Positions 27,417 through 38,115 of a DNA stretch of 54,908 bases are shown here, piece by piece. A program made the translations under genes and the position numbers. The first letter of the stretch is position 1, and each line of letters begins with the position of its first letter. Source of the stretch: a virus (taxonomy: Duplodnaviria; Caudoviricetes); the IMG/VR virus record IMGVR_UViG_3300021197_001056, positions 1-54,908 of that record. One strand, given 5' to 3'. Under the pieces are notes generated by a model. The model was not told the origin of the DNA. It saw only the letters and a program-made list of their open reading frames with translations, and ran no database searches.

Positions 27417-28420
27417 TGGAGTATTCCGTAGATCAAAGCATTAATGAAGGTGCTGATGAAATATTACAACCTCAAGGTGAGTTATCTAACAACGATTCTG
27501 CTTTAGTAAGATCTGTTTTAGAAACAGACCCTAGCTTTCAACCGTTATTTTTAGATGGCGATAAGGGTCAACAGTCAGAATCATTAAATAATGTCACTAA
27601 ACTTAGCAATCAAGTAAATAATTATAAAACTCATCGAAAGACTAATGCTAATTTATGGGCTAACCAAAATACGCCAAATAAAACGTTAAAAGCAAATGGG
27701 TATTCTATAGGTCTACAGGATGATGACGAAGCCAGATTGATCCTTGGAAGTCACAATAGTAACGCGGCAATGGGATTTGCTAGTAGAGTTGATGAGAACG
27801 GTGAATACTTAGGTTTTGATATTGGTTTTAGTAATCCAGACGGTTCTACTATGTCTTCAAAAGAAGCTAGCGAGTTGTCTAAAAAGTTTTTAGTTGACAC
27901 TGGTAGTGCTAAAAAAATAAATGAATTAAGAAATATGGCGAGTGATTTAGCTAGAAACGGATCGCACGAAAGTTCTTTTGATGACACTATGATCAGAATG
28001 GCTGTTAGCAATGTAGTTAAAGCAGGTAATCAAATATCTCTTATTTACGATCCACTGGTAAAAGATTCTTCGCTTAGAGAAGATTTAATAACATCTGGTT
28101 ATTTATCTAATATTGACTACAGCTCTCTAGGTCTTACAGAGGAACAAATAGAAGTTTTAGACGCTGATGGTGATGGGAAGATCACAGTAAATGATGGGTT
28201 AAGTGAGGCTGATCAAATGTCTATAATAGACAACTTTATAAAAAATCCAGATTTAGAAAGAGAAAGAAATGAATTGATAACAGATTACTACACTCAGTTT
28301 ATTAGACAAGGTTGGGATTCACAACATCAACGGCATGTTAATAAATACAACGCTGCTCTGCAAAGAGTATCAGAGCAAAACAAACCTCAACCAGTAGTAC
28401 AAAAAAGAAGAATAGGGTAA
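27416..28420 (+). CDS. Putative internal virion/ejection protein with an EF-hand-like loop
   Basis: LDADGDGKITVND loop; lies between the pilot protein and the giant protein. Confidence 0.55.
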   Translation: MEYSVDQSINEGADEILQPQGELSNNDSALVRSVLETDPSFQPLFLDGDKGQQSESLNNVTKLSNQVNNYKTHRKTNANLWANQNTPNKTLKANGYSIGLQDDDEARLILGSHNSNAAMGFASRVDENGEYLGFDIGFSNPDGSTMSSKEASELSKKFLVDTGSAKKINELRNMASDLARNGSHESSFDDTMIRMAVSNVVKAGNQISLIYDPLVKDSSLREDLITSGYLSNIDYSSLGLTEEQIEVLDADGDGKITVNDGLSEADQMSIIDNFIKNPDLERERNELITDYYTQFIRQGWDSQHQRHVNKYNAALQRVSEQNKPQPVVQKRRIG

Positions 28421-28458
28421 ACAAATAAAAATAACGGGTAACTAACGAAACAGTAAAC

Positions 28459-31400
28459 ATGCTTGACATTATAAAGGAATACCAGTGGACTAATCCTGAA
28501 ACTGGATTAAAAGAGTTAATTGATGTAAATGTTAACTCAATAGAAGGTAAAAAGTGGTTAGAAAATGAAGGTGTAAATGCCATATTAACAAGCGCAGACA
28601 CTCCTGAAACGGGAAATCAAAGCGGCGATGCAACGGTAGATGCGAGTGCAACGTCAACAACTCCAGCATCAAATCAAGAGGTGGTTCAACCTCAAAACAA
28701 TCAACAAGAAAATACGGGATCAGCATCGGTAGATACTTCTTTGGATTCACAAAATCTAACTGAGGTAGTTAAACCTACTACAAAAGAAATGGATGAGTCG
28801 ACTAGACTCATGACAACTTATAAAAATGAAGATGAAAACTCTGAAGATTTTTATAATAGGATAACACCCCAGGTTACAACTAAAAAACAAAGTGTTGGTG
28901 GCGGACATGGAGCCGCTTATGACATGGAGGTTACTAATACCACTATTAATGGTATAACAAAGACAGATAATAGCTTAGGTGGATCTGCTTCATATTTGGA
29001 TATTAATGGTAATGAAGCTACTGATGATCAAATTAAAACATTTGAAGAGTTGTTTTTACTTAATCAGATACACAGCGAAGCTAACGAAATAAGATCTACA
29101 AAAGCTGGTGACTACTCAGAACTTTCAGATTCTGAAATAATAAATCAGCAAGGTGGAAAGTGGGATATATATAATAAAGAGCAAGAGGTTAGTGATAAAG
29201 TTCAATCAGAAATGAGAACTAACAAGCTAGATTCTAGTTTTGATTATGATTACCAATCTCATTTAGAGTGGGAACAACAGCAGTACGTAGATGGGCTTAC
29301 TAAACATTCAGCAGCTGAAAATGCTAAATTAAACACTCAGTACAATAAAGAGCGTCAAGCTGTAGCAAATGAAATACTACCAGTTATACAAGATCAAATA
29401 CAGCAAAAATATTCTGGACAATTAAAAGAGATTGAAACAGGGTTAGTAGATACTTATAATAAAAGGTTTGACGTTTATCAAAAATCTACCTTAGCTAGTT
29501 ATGAAAAGTTGGCAAAGAAAGCTAAAACTCAAAAAGAGATTGATAAAATAAATAGTGATTACCAAAGAGATTTAAAAGCATGGTGGGATGGGGAGCAACC
29601 AAAGCTTCAAGATGAATATAGCCGTTTAGTAAATGAGACTTATGGCGATGCAATGAAAAAAGATCTTAACTCTGCTCTAAATAATAATGAACAGATTGTA
29701 GCGTTAGACGAGTCTTGGCAAAGTGAGTTTGAGGAAGCTCAAAATAATATTTACGAAAATTACAAAAACAATTACAAACCAGAATCTAAACATTTTTCAG
29801 AAGAAGATTTTGAACGTATTAGCAGAGACTTAGATAAAGCAGGATTTGACGTAGCTAATAGCTCTGAAAAGAAATACATGCTTCAAAAGTACTTATCTAA
29901 TTTAGAAAAAGTTCAAGGTGGTACACCTGAAGATATAGAAGAAATAAAAAACGAGTTCTACGCACATTATTATGACAAGTTGGAAAGTCAACCAATTGTG
30001 GATGCTTCAGGTAAAGTAGTTATTGATGAGAAAACTGGTGAGCCTAAGACTGAGTTGACTCAGTTTGTAATGAAAGACATAGCCACAGCTACGCTGAACA
30101 ACGCTCAAGAGCTTTACGATAAGGAAATAAAGAAGTATAAGGAGATTAGATATGTTGACAAGCGATTAAGAGATGAGCCTGAAATTGTTATAACACCTGA
30201 ACAACAACTGTTTAAAGATAATCCAGGTTTAGAGCAGGCTATGAGATACTCTAGACAAATATTAGACAATCCAGAGAGTGCTCACCCAGCTGGGGCAGTC
30301 AACTTCTTTAGAGGTATGGGTTCTTTAGAGGGACACAAATACATACCGTTTGCTGGAGGTTTAATAGATCTTGGTAATTCGCTAGAAATAAAAGCGTTAG
30401 CTGATAAAGCCGCCGCTGGAGAAACAACTCCTATGGAGGATTCTGCTTTACAAATGTATTTGCTTAAAAATCAATCCGACGCTCAAGTTAGAAAATTATC
30501 TACAGCTTACAACGCTGGTGCTATGTTTGCTGAGTCTGCGCCATTTATGGCTGAAATGGTTATAACTAGTGGAGCTTTTAATACAACCAAACAGGTTGTT
30601 CAACAAGGTGTTAAAAAAGCTTTAACTAAGAGTATAGATAAAGTTGCTGGAACTCAAGTGGCGAAATCCTTACGGTTTAAAAAAGGCACTGGTAAAATGT
30701 TATTTGCCCCAAAAAATAATGCATATAAAGTTGTTGATAACGTTGGTGATGCTATTGGAGGTATATTAGCAACTGTAGCTCAGACAACCGCTAATCCTCA
30801 AAGATATTTGGCTGGTGCTATAGATAATATGACACCAGAAATGGCTTGGGCTTACACCAATAATGCTGATGATTTAATAAGTAAACTAGATCTTGACATC
30901 GCAGTAAAAGGTGAGGGTGACAGCTTTCCTAAAGCGTTTGCTAAATCTTTTGGTACTGCATGGTCTGAGTACGCTACGGAAAGAATGGGTTGGTTAGTAC
31001 CTGGTTTGGGTAAAGCAGGTTTAAAAAAGCTAGGTGTAACTCAAAGTCCTGAGTGGTTAAAAAGAGCTTCTTTAGGTAGATACTTAAGAAAGAATGGGCT
31101 TCATAAAACTGAGGCGATAAAACATTTCATCCAAACCCGTTCGGGTTGGAACGGCGTACTTGGGGAAATGTCTGAAGAATTTATGAACATACCATTATCC
31201 AACCTGATAAACGGTCATGATCTGACTGAGGGATTAGATTGGCCGAGCATTAAAGAGATGGGTATATCTATCTCTGCGGGTGGGCTTGCTTTTGGTGGTG
31301 GTACTATGTTGTATAATAAAGCCGCTGGAAACAAAGCGCCAGGTTATTATATAGACCTTCAAAGGTTCGAAAATGAAAAAGCCGCTATAGCCCATCTTAA

Positions 31401-34400
31401 AAAGATGAAGAAAAACGGCACGTTAAACGAAAATACTGACATAGAAATTACCAATGATTTTCAAGCTTATGACAACGTGTCTAAAGTACTTGAAGAGGCT
31501 GGGTTATCTAATGATATTATAAAAACAGGTGGTAGTGGAGTTAATGCTGGACATATTGCAGCCGCTGAAGTAGAGTTTATGAACGAGCTATCTCAAGAAG
31601 ATCGTAATGAACTTGAATCTATTGATGGTGAAATAAAAAAGTTAGAAGCTGATAAAGGAGATGTTAACCAAAGAGACAACACAGATCATAAAGAAGTACA
31701 TGCTATAAATGAGAATATAAAGAAATTAAACCGTAGAAGAGAATCTATACTAGAACCAGTAAAGGCAAAAGTTAAACAATTTAAAACTGATATTTACGAA
31801 AAGAAGTTAAATAATCTTAGAAAAATATTAGGTGAAGATAAGTATGACGAAGTAGTTACTGAAGCTAATAGTCAAGATGAAGTTAACGCAATGTTAGAGC
31901 AAGCTGTAGCTGAATCTAATGGTTTAACAAAGCAAGGTGATCAATGGGTTAACAATAAAGGTGAAGTAGTTGATATATCAGAAGCAGTTAAAAGCGGTCA
32001 AAATAAGCATGGTGGTTTTTATGTAGATGAGAACACTGGAAAGAAAAAGATATTCATAAATAGAGAAGCTTCATTAGGTGAGTCTGGAAATGTAGATGTT
32101 GGAAGTCACGAGTTTCTTCATTACTTCTTGTCGGAAACTTTACACCATCACCCAGAATTAAAACTAGCTTTTGGTAAAGCTCTACAAAGCCATGTGTTTA
32201 ATATAGACCCTAGACAAATACGTGATACTGGATTTAGAAATAGACTTATTGGTTACCAGAAAAGAGGTGATGTTGTGTCAATGGAAGAAACTCTAAACAT
32301 TCTTTCTGATGCTATGGCTAATGGTACTTATCAACATAACGAAACAGCTTTAACTAAGCTTGGCGATATAATAAGAAGAACCATGTCTAGCTTTGGAGTA
32401 CGCGTTAATTTTGGTAATGGTAGAGATGTATTCAACTTTATAAAAGATTACAATAAAGAATTTGAAAGTGGTAAGCTTAGTAAAGGTATGAAAGCTACCA
32501 TGAAGAAAGGTGTTAAGGTTAGTGGACAGATACAAGATCTAGCTGAGTCGGAACAGAAAAGATTAAAGACAGACGTAAAGGCTTTAAATAAAGGAATTAG
32601 AAAAGTAATTCCTGATTGGCAAGATTTATCTGTCCAAGAAGCTGTTGATGCAAGGATGGTATTCTCGGAGAGTGCGACAAAGAAAACACCTAAAGAATCT
32701 CCGTTGGAAGCTATAAATAAACTTTTACCGAAGAATATAAAAACAAATCAAGACTACCAAGACTTTACTCAAGACCAAAGAGAGTTTCCTAAACTGTACT
32801 CAGAGTTAATGCAACCAGGTGGAGTTATAAATAATTATATTCGATCTAGACAGACTAGCAAAGAAGAGGGCGATAAGATGCTTGATGAAGCTATGATGAG
32901 GTTAATAAATTTCAAACCTGAGAATAAAAGAAAAGATGGATCACCAGTTGGTATAGAAGGTTTTGGAGAGTTTATATTTGCTAATACTAGATTCGCTAAA
33001 CTAGTAGCTAAGAAAAAGCTATTTGAAGAATCTGAAGAGCTTAAAAGAAAAGTTTCTACAGACACCGAGCAAGCTAAACAAATTGCAGATACACCAACAC
33101 CTACTGATCAGGCACCAGCTAAAGGTGATAAAGCCCCGGTTAGAACTAATGTTCTTAAAGTAAGTGGAGTAGAGAGTAAAGCTGAAGATATAAAGAAGAT
33201 GGTTGACATCAAGGAAGGAGAGGACATTGACTTCAAAGGTGTGACTAGTAAGTATAGTGGTAAAGCCGCGGAAATGATATTTGGAGTTCCTGCTAGTAAA
33301 ATAACAGATCCTAAGAAAAACTTAACGTATGCTAAGAAGATAGTTGACGGTATACCAGAGCCTTCCGAAGCTGGTAATATACAAAAGTTTTACACTAGTA
33401 AAGATAACGTAAGAAAGCTTTTGAGAATACTTAAAAATAGTAACGTAACAAGTGAGCAAGCTTATGTTAATAAGATCGGAGAAAGTATTGATGTAGCTAG
33501 GGGTGTTACTGGTAGATCTATAGGTCTTAAAGGTGTTCCATTAAAATACTTTTTTGAACCCGTACTTACAGAGAAAGGTACAAGAGCTAGATCAAAAGGT
33601 TTAACTTCTCAAACACCTTTATGGAGATTGAAACCTAAGTTTAGAGGAAACGTGAGTAACGAGGTTGTCGCTGAGGTACAAAGAGATTTTGGTATAACAC
33701 CTACTGGTCAATTAAATAAATACGATAGAGGTATAGGGCAATTACTAAAAGGTATAGCCAACTACCAGGCTGATCAAACAGTTTTATCGGCTGCTCAAAG
33801 AAACTTAGAAGAAGCAAGAAGTAAAGCTGACGTTGAAGGTAAGAAAGCTATAGGTGAACAAATAGCAAATATAACGGCAGCTCAAAGTAAGTTAGCGTTT
33901 AGTGAGAACTTCTCGGAAGAGCAAGTTAAAGCTGCTGTAATGAATCAGAACGCTGTTGTAAGTACAAGTAAGCTACTTAAAATAGCAGGTTTACCAAATT
34001 ACTTAGCTGATAGAGCGGCTAAGGCAATCATAAAAAGATCTGATGGTAAAGAAGTAAAACACGTTGACTACAACTATATAGTAGCAAGAGAGGCTGGTAA
34101 AGAAGCTAGATCAGATAAAACTATAGGGGAAGAAGTTACTAGAATAACTCAAGCTCTACACAAAATGGATCCAGTATATTCTACCTTATTTAAAATAGGT
34201 ATGTCTAACGGTTGGGGTAAAAGCTTTTTTGGTGTTAACAGTAAGTTTGATGAGCTATCTAAAATACCTAAAGAAGAGTTGGAAGCATTACCTCCATTTC
34301 TTACTAGGTTTATGTATCATGAAAAAGAACTCTTAAACCCTAAGAGGGTAGTGGAAGAGAATGGTGAGATCTATTATATTGTTGGTAATTTAAAAAAGAA

Positions 34401-37400
34401 AGGCGAAAGTAAAAAACTTACTGCGAAAGAATTTTTAGAACTAGATAAACAAAAGTTAGATTTTCTAGAAAAAATGTTCGAAGATATTAAAAAGCATTTA
34501 AAGAAAAATCCTAACGACGCTTGGTTTTTTGCTAGGTGGGTTACTGACGCTAGTAGTAATCAAAGCTCTATATTTAGAACGTCAGCTCCAGTAATTGGAT
34601 TCTACTATAAAGATGGTAAACTACACTACAATGTTAAGTTAAGAGAAGAACATAGTACACCTCAAAATAATATTGGTACAATGTTCTTAGGCGCTGCGAT
34701 AAACGGTGAGTCAATATCGGATGTCGGCAAAGTGGCTAGAGCTTCTTTTGTTCAACTTTCTCTTACTCATGAACATGATGATATGCTTAAAGCCATTAAA
34801 GATAAGGATGGTAATATTATAAGGCAAAGCTTGGAGGCTAATATGCCTGATGAATATTGGAGCGAAGTTGTACCAAATATTCTTAATGGTAACTTGGATT
34901 GGTTAGATCTTGGTATGGCTGCTATGATTAGATATGCTAGAGCTGGGGTTAACTTAAATGAGTATATCGTACCTGGTTTAGGTAAGACTATAACGGAGTA
35001 TTTTGGGGTTGGAGTTGATATGTCTAAGTTAAACCCTAAGCAAGTTGAAGCTTTAGTTGAGATTCAAAATGATTTAATATCAGATATATTAACAGGTAAG
35101 ATAACTAGAAAAGTAGCTTCAGATCATATAGAAGCTTCAAGAAAATTAGATTTCAAGTCTAGTAAAGATGATATTAAAGCTTTAAAGAATTACAAGGTAG
35201 CTAAAGATAAGATAAGCGCTAGCATGAACGGTAAAACTAGAGGTATGTCTACGTTTGACTTTGACGAAACTCTTATTATAGGTGGTGATAATTTTGTGAT
35301 TGCTACCGATCCAGATACTGGACACGAAGTTAAAATAAGCTCTGAGCAATGGCCGGTTCAAGGACCTGAATTAGCCGCAGCAGGGTATAAGTTTGATTTC
35401 TCTGATTTTGCTAATGTGCGTGGTGGAAAGGAAGGACCATTACTTCAAAAGATGAAGAATCAAATAGAGAAGTATGGACCTAACAACGTATTTATATTAA
35501 CAGCTAGACAGCAAGCTTCGGCTGTGCCTATCCATAGATGGTTAAAGTCTAAAGGTATAAATATACCCTTGAGAAATATAACAGGTCTAGGTAAGAGCGA
35601 AGGATCTGCTAAAGCAGATTGGATGTTACAAAAGTATGCTGAAGGATATAACGACATGTACTTTGTTGATGATGCAATGTCTAACGTTAAAGCTGTTAAA
35701 GATGTACTAGATCAATTAGATATTAAATCTAAGGTTGTACAAGCTAAGATTAATTTTAGTGAAAGTGGTAGTGATACGTTTAACGAAATGTTAGATAGAA
35801 ATACTGGCGTACCTAAAGAGAAGATATTTTCTGATGCTCAAGCTAGATTAAGAGGTAAGAAAGCTGGAGGATTTAGATTTTTTGTTCCACCATCTGCTGA
35901 GGATTTTAAAGGTTTACTATACAACTTTTTAGGTAAAGGCAAACAAGGAGACGCTGACATGGCTTTCTTTAAAGAGCATTTGTTAGATCCATTTGCTAAA
36001 GGAATTCGTGATATAAATTCCACTAAGCAAAGAACATCTGAAGAGTATAAGGAACTTAGAAAGAAGATGCCTGAAGTAGCTAAGCGTTTAAATAAAAAAA
36101 TACCTAACTCTGACTACAGTGTTGGTGACGCTATGAGGGTGTATCTCTGGAGTAATAATGGAATAGAAATACCAGGTATCTCAGAGCAAGAGGTTTCATT
36201 TTTATCTGATCACATCAATGGAGATGGTAAACTAAAATCTTTTGCAGACGCTTTAGGTAAAATATCTAGATCTAAAAACGGTTATGTTAAGCCTGGTGAA
36301 AATTGGGTTGTTGGTAGTATAGCCTCTGATCTACATGAACAGACTAGCGAGGTGAATAGAGCTGAGTTATTATCTGAGTGGAAAGCTAATAGAGATATTA
36401 TATTCTCTCCTGAGAATATGAATAAAATAGAAGCCGTTTACGGTACAGACTTTAGAGATGCTCTAGAGAACATGCTAGAGCGTATGGAGACTGGTAGTAA
36501 CAGGACTACTGGTAAAAAAGATAAAGTTGTTAATAGTTTTATGGACTGGATAAATGGATCTGTAGGTGCTGTTATGTTCTTCAATACTAGGTCAGCAGTA
36601 CTACAAACTTTATCCATGGTTAACTTTATAAACTGGGGAGATAATAATATATTTCAAGCTGGTAAGGCTTTTGCTAACCAACCTCAATATTGGAAAGACT
36701 TTCTAACTCTGTTCAACTCAGATATGTTAAAGCAACGTAGAGCTGGTATGGCTATTGATGTTAACTTAGCTGAACTTAGTAACGCTGTTTCCAAGGCTAG
36801 TGGTAAAGAAAAAGCTAAAGCAGCTATTAGGTATTTACTTCAAATTGGTTTTACACCTACACAGATTGCGGATAGTTTTGCTATAGCAGCTGGTGGTTCT
36901 ACGTTTTATAGAAATAGAACAAACAAGTATATTAAAGAGGGATTGAGTCAAAAGGAAGCTGAAACTAAAGCTTTTGATGACTTTCAAGAGATAGCAGAGG
37001 AAACACAACAATCTTCTAGGCCTGATCTCATATCTCAACAACAGGCTGGTGCATTAGGTAGATTAGTGTTAGCATGGCAAAATACTCCAATGCAGTATAC
37101 TAGATTAACTAAGAAAGCAATATCAGATTTAGTTAACGGTAGAGGTGACTGGAAGCAAAACGTTTCAAGAATACTATACTACGGTGCAGCGCAAAATATT
37201 ATATTCGGTAGTTTGCAAACTGGCTTAGCTTTCTTAATGTTCGGTGGAGATGAAGATGAAGAGAAGACTAAAACTAAGACAACTCGTGTAGCTAATGGAG
37301 CTTTAGATACCTTACTAAGAGGTACGGGTGTTTATGGTGCTATGGCTTCTACTCTTAAGAACGTGATTATGAAATACGCTGACGAGAGAAAAAAGCCTTA

Positions 37401-38100
37401 CGGTAAAAGAGAGTTATCTAAAGTAGGCATCGAGGCTATGCAGTTATCTCCACCTATTGGTAGTAAAATTAGAAAGATTATGTCAGCTATCTATAGCTAT
37501 GAGTATAATTTGGGTGTACCAGAAAAAATAGGATGGAATATAAATAACCCTATACTAAATGTTATTAGTAGTGCTGTTGAAGCCGTAACTAACGTCCCAC
37601 TAGATAGAGGTGTTAGGAAAGCTCAAAATTTAGACGAAGCTATAAATGGTAATCACGAAATGTGGAAACGTGTAGCTTTGTTCTTAGGTTGGGATAAGTG
37701 GGGTTTAAGTATTAAAAATGAAGAGTTAGAAGAAGCAAAAGCAGAGGTTAAAGAAGAGAGAGCTGAAAAGAAAAAGAAAGAGAATGAAGCTAAGAAAGAA
37801 GAAAAGAAGAGGTTAAAAGAAGAAGAAAACGAAAAAGAAAAGAAAGAGAAGGAAGCTCAAGGTATCAAAGAGGTAAGATGTTCTGGTATTAAATCAAATG
37901 GTAAAAGATGTAGTATAAAAATAGAGACTAAAGAAAAAAAAGTTTTATGTGGTTATCATAAAACATATAAAGAAGGTGAAGCTAGTGATAGAGACGGTGA
38001 TGGGGTTAAAGAATATAGATGTACTGGCACAACTGGATCAGGTAAAAGGTGTAAGAATAGAACAGAAAGAACAAACAAGAAATGTTACGCACACCAGTAA
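28459..38100 (+). CDS. Giant multidomain (polyvalent) virion/ejection protein: zincin, HAD phosphatase and C-terminal CCCH fingers
   Basis: 3213 aa; HEFLH at 32107; HAD motifs FDFDET (35254), ILTAR, K, YFVDD; two C-x10-C-...-C-xx-H units at the C-terminus. Confidence 0.75.
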   Translation: MLDIIKEYQWTNPETGLKELIDVNVNSIEGKKWLENEGVNAILTSADTPETGNQSGDATVDASATSTTPASNQEVVQPQNNQQENTGSASVDTSLDSQNLTEVVKPTTKEMDESTRLMTTYKNEDENSEDFYNRITPQVTTKKQSVGGGHGAAYDMEVTNTTINGITKTDNSLGGSASYLDINGNEATDDQIKTFEELFLLNQIHSEANEIRSTKAGDYSELSDSEIINQQGGKWDIYNKEQEVSDKVQSEMRTNKLDSSFDYDYQSHLEWEQQQYVDGLTKHSAAENAKLNTQYNKERQAVANEILPVIQDQIQQKYSGQLKEIETGLVDTYNKRFDVYQKSTLASYEKLAKKAKTQKEIDKINSDYQRDLKAWWDGEQPKLQDEYSRLVNETYGDAMKKDLNSALNNNEQIVALDESWQSEFEEAQNNIYENYKNNYKPESKHFSEEDFERISRDLDKAGFDVANSSEKKYMLQKYLSNLEKVQGGTPEDIEEIKNEFYAHYYDKLESQPIVDASGKVVIDEKTGEPKTELTQFVMKDIATATLNNAQELYDKEIKKYKEIRYVDKRLRDEPEIVITPEQQLFKDNPGLEQAMRYSRQILDNPESAHPAGAVNFFRGMGSLEGHKYIPFAGGLIDLGNSLEIKALADKAAAGETTPMEDSALQMYLLKNQSDAQVRKLSTAYNAGAMFAESAPFMAEMVITSGAFNTTKQVVQQGVKKALTKSIDKVAGTQVAKSLRFKKGTGKMLFAPKNNAYKVVDNVGDAIGGILATVAQTTANPQRYLAGAIDNMTPEMAWAYTNNADDLISKLDLDIAVKGEGDSFPKAFAKSFGTAWSEYATERMGWLVPGLGKAGLKKLGVTQSPEWLKRASLGRYLRKNGLHKTEAIKHFIQTRSGWNGVLGEMSEEFMNIPLSNLINGHDLTEGLDWPSIKEMGISISAGGLAFGGGTMLYNKAAGNKAPGYYIDLQRFENEKAAIAHLKKMKKNGTLNENTDIEITNDFQAYDNVSKVLEEAGLSNDIIKTGGSGVNAGHIAAAEVEFMNELSQEDRNELESIDGEIKKLEADKGDVNQRDNTDHKEVHAINENIKKLNRRRESILEPVKAKVKQFKTDIYEKKLNNLRKILGEDKYDEVVTEANSQDEVNAMLEQAVAESNGLTKQGDQWVNNKGEVVDISEAVKSGQNKHGGFYVDENTGKKKIFINREASLGESGNVDVGSHEFLHYFLSETLHHHPELKLAFGKALQSHVFNIDPRQIRDTGFRNRLIGYQKRGDVVSMEETLNILSDAMANGTYQHNETALTKLGDIIRRTMSSFGVRVNFGNGRDVFNFIKDYNKEFESGKLSKGMKATMKKGVKVSGQIQDLAESEQKRLKTDVKALNKGIRKVIPDWQDLSVQEAVDARMVFSESATKKTPKESPLEAINKLLPKNIKTNQDYQDFTQDQREFPKLYSELMQPGGVINNYIRSRQTSKEEGDKMLDEAMMRLINFKPENKRKDGSPVGIEGFGEFIFANTRFAKLVAKKKLFEESEELKRKVSTDTEQAKQIADTPTPTDQAPAKGDKAPVRTNVLKVSGVESKAEDIKKMVDIKEGEDIDFKGVTSKYSGKAAEMIFGVPASKITDPKKNLTYAKKIVDGIPEPSEAGNIQKFYTSKDNVRKLLRILKNSNVTSEQAYVNKIGESIDVARGVTGRSIGLKGVPLKYFFEPVLTEKGTRARSKGLTSQTPLWRLKPKFRGNVSNEVVAEVQRDFGITPTGQLNKYDRGIGQLLKGIANYQADQTVLSAAQRNLEEARSKADVEGKKAIGEQIANITAAQSKLAFSENFSEEQVKAAVMNQNAVVSTSKLLKIAGLPNYLADRAAKAIIKRSDGKEVKHVDYNYIVAREAGKEARSDKTIGEEVTRITQALHKMDPVYSTLFKIGMSNGWGKSFFGVNSKFDELSKIPKEELEALPPFLTRFMYHEKELLNPKRVVEENGEIYYIVGNLKKKGESKKLTAKEFLELDKQKLDFLEKMFEDIKKHLKKNPNDAWFFARWVTDASSNQSSIFRTSAPVIGFYYKDGKLHYNVKLREEHSTPQNNIGTMFLGAAINGESISDVGKVARASFVQLSLTHEHDDMLKAIKDKDGNIIRQSLEANMPDEYWSEVVPNILNGNLDWLDLGMAAMIRYARAGVNLNEYIVPGLGKTITEYFGVGVDMSKLNPKQVEALVEIQNDLISDILTGKITRKVASDHIEASRKLDFKSSKDDIKALKNYKVAKDKISASMNGKTRGMSTFDFDETLIIGGDNFVIATDPDTGHEVKISSEQWPVQGPELAAAGYKFDFSDFANVRGGKEGPLLQKMKNQIEKYGPNNVFILTARQQASAVPIHRWLKSKGINIPLRNITGLGKSEGSAKADWMLQKYAEGYNDMYFVDDAMSNVKAVKDVLDQLDIKSKVVQAKINFSESGSDTFNEMLDRNTGVPKEKIFSDAQARLRGKKAGGFRFFVPPSAEDFKGLLYNFLGKGKQGDADMAFFKEHLLDPFAKGIRDINSTKQRTSEEYKELRKKMPEVAKRLNKKIPNSDYSVGDAMRVYLWSNNGIEIPGISEQEVSFLSDHINGDGKLKSFADALGKISRSKNGYVKPGENWVVGSIASDLHEQTSEVNRAELLSEWKANRDIIFSPENMNKIEAVYGTDFRDALENMLERMETGSNRTTGKKDKVVNSFMDWINGSVGAVMFFNTRSAVLQTLSMVNFINWGDNNIFQAGKAFANQPQYWKDFLTLFNSDMLKQRRAGMAIDVNLAELSNAVSKASGKEKAKAAIRYLLQIGFTPTQIADSFAIAAGGSTFYRNRTNKYIKEGLSQKEAETKAFDDFQEIAEETQQSSRPDLISQQQAGALGRLVLAWQNTPMQYTRLTKKAISDLVNGRGDWKQNVSRILYYGAAQNIIFGSLQTGLAFLMFGGDEDEEKTKTKTTRVANGALDTLLRGTGVYGAMASTLKNVIMKYADERKKPYGKRELSKVGIEAMQLSPPIGSKIRKIMSAIYSYEYNLGVPEKIGWNINNPILNVISSAVEAVTNVPLDRGVRKAQNLDEAINGNHEMWKRVALFLGWDKWGLSIKNEELEEAKAEVKEERAEKKKKENEAKKEEKKRLKEEENEKEKKEKEAQGIKEVRCSGIKSNGKRCSIKIETKEKKVLCGYHKTYKEGEASDRDGDGVKEYRCTGTTGSGKRCKNRTERTNKKCYAHQ

Positions 38101-38115
38101 ACTGTTTGTGTAGTG

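Noticed and set aside
28160-28195. DADGDG as a polymerase active site
   Set aside because: It fits an EF-hand-like Ca loop (DxDGDGxI) in a small helical protein, with no polymerase context.
35257-35271. DFDET as the catalytic loop of a crAss-type virion RNA polymerase (DFDID)
   Set aside because: The third Asp is missing and downstream T, K and DD motifs complete a HAD phosphatase signature.
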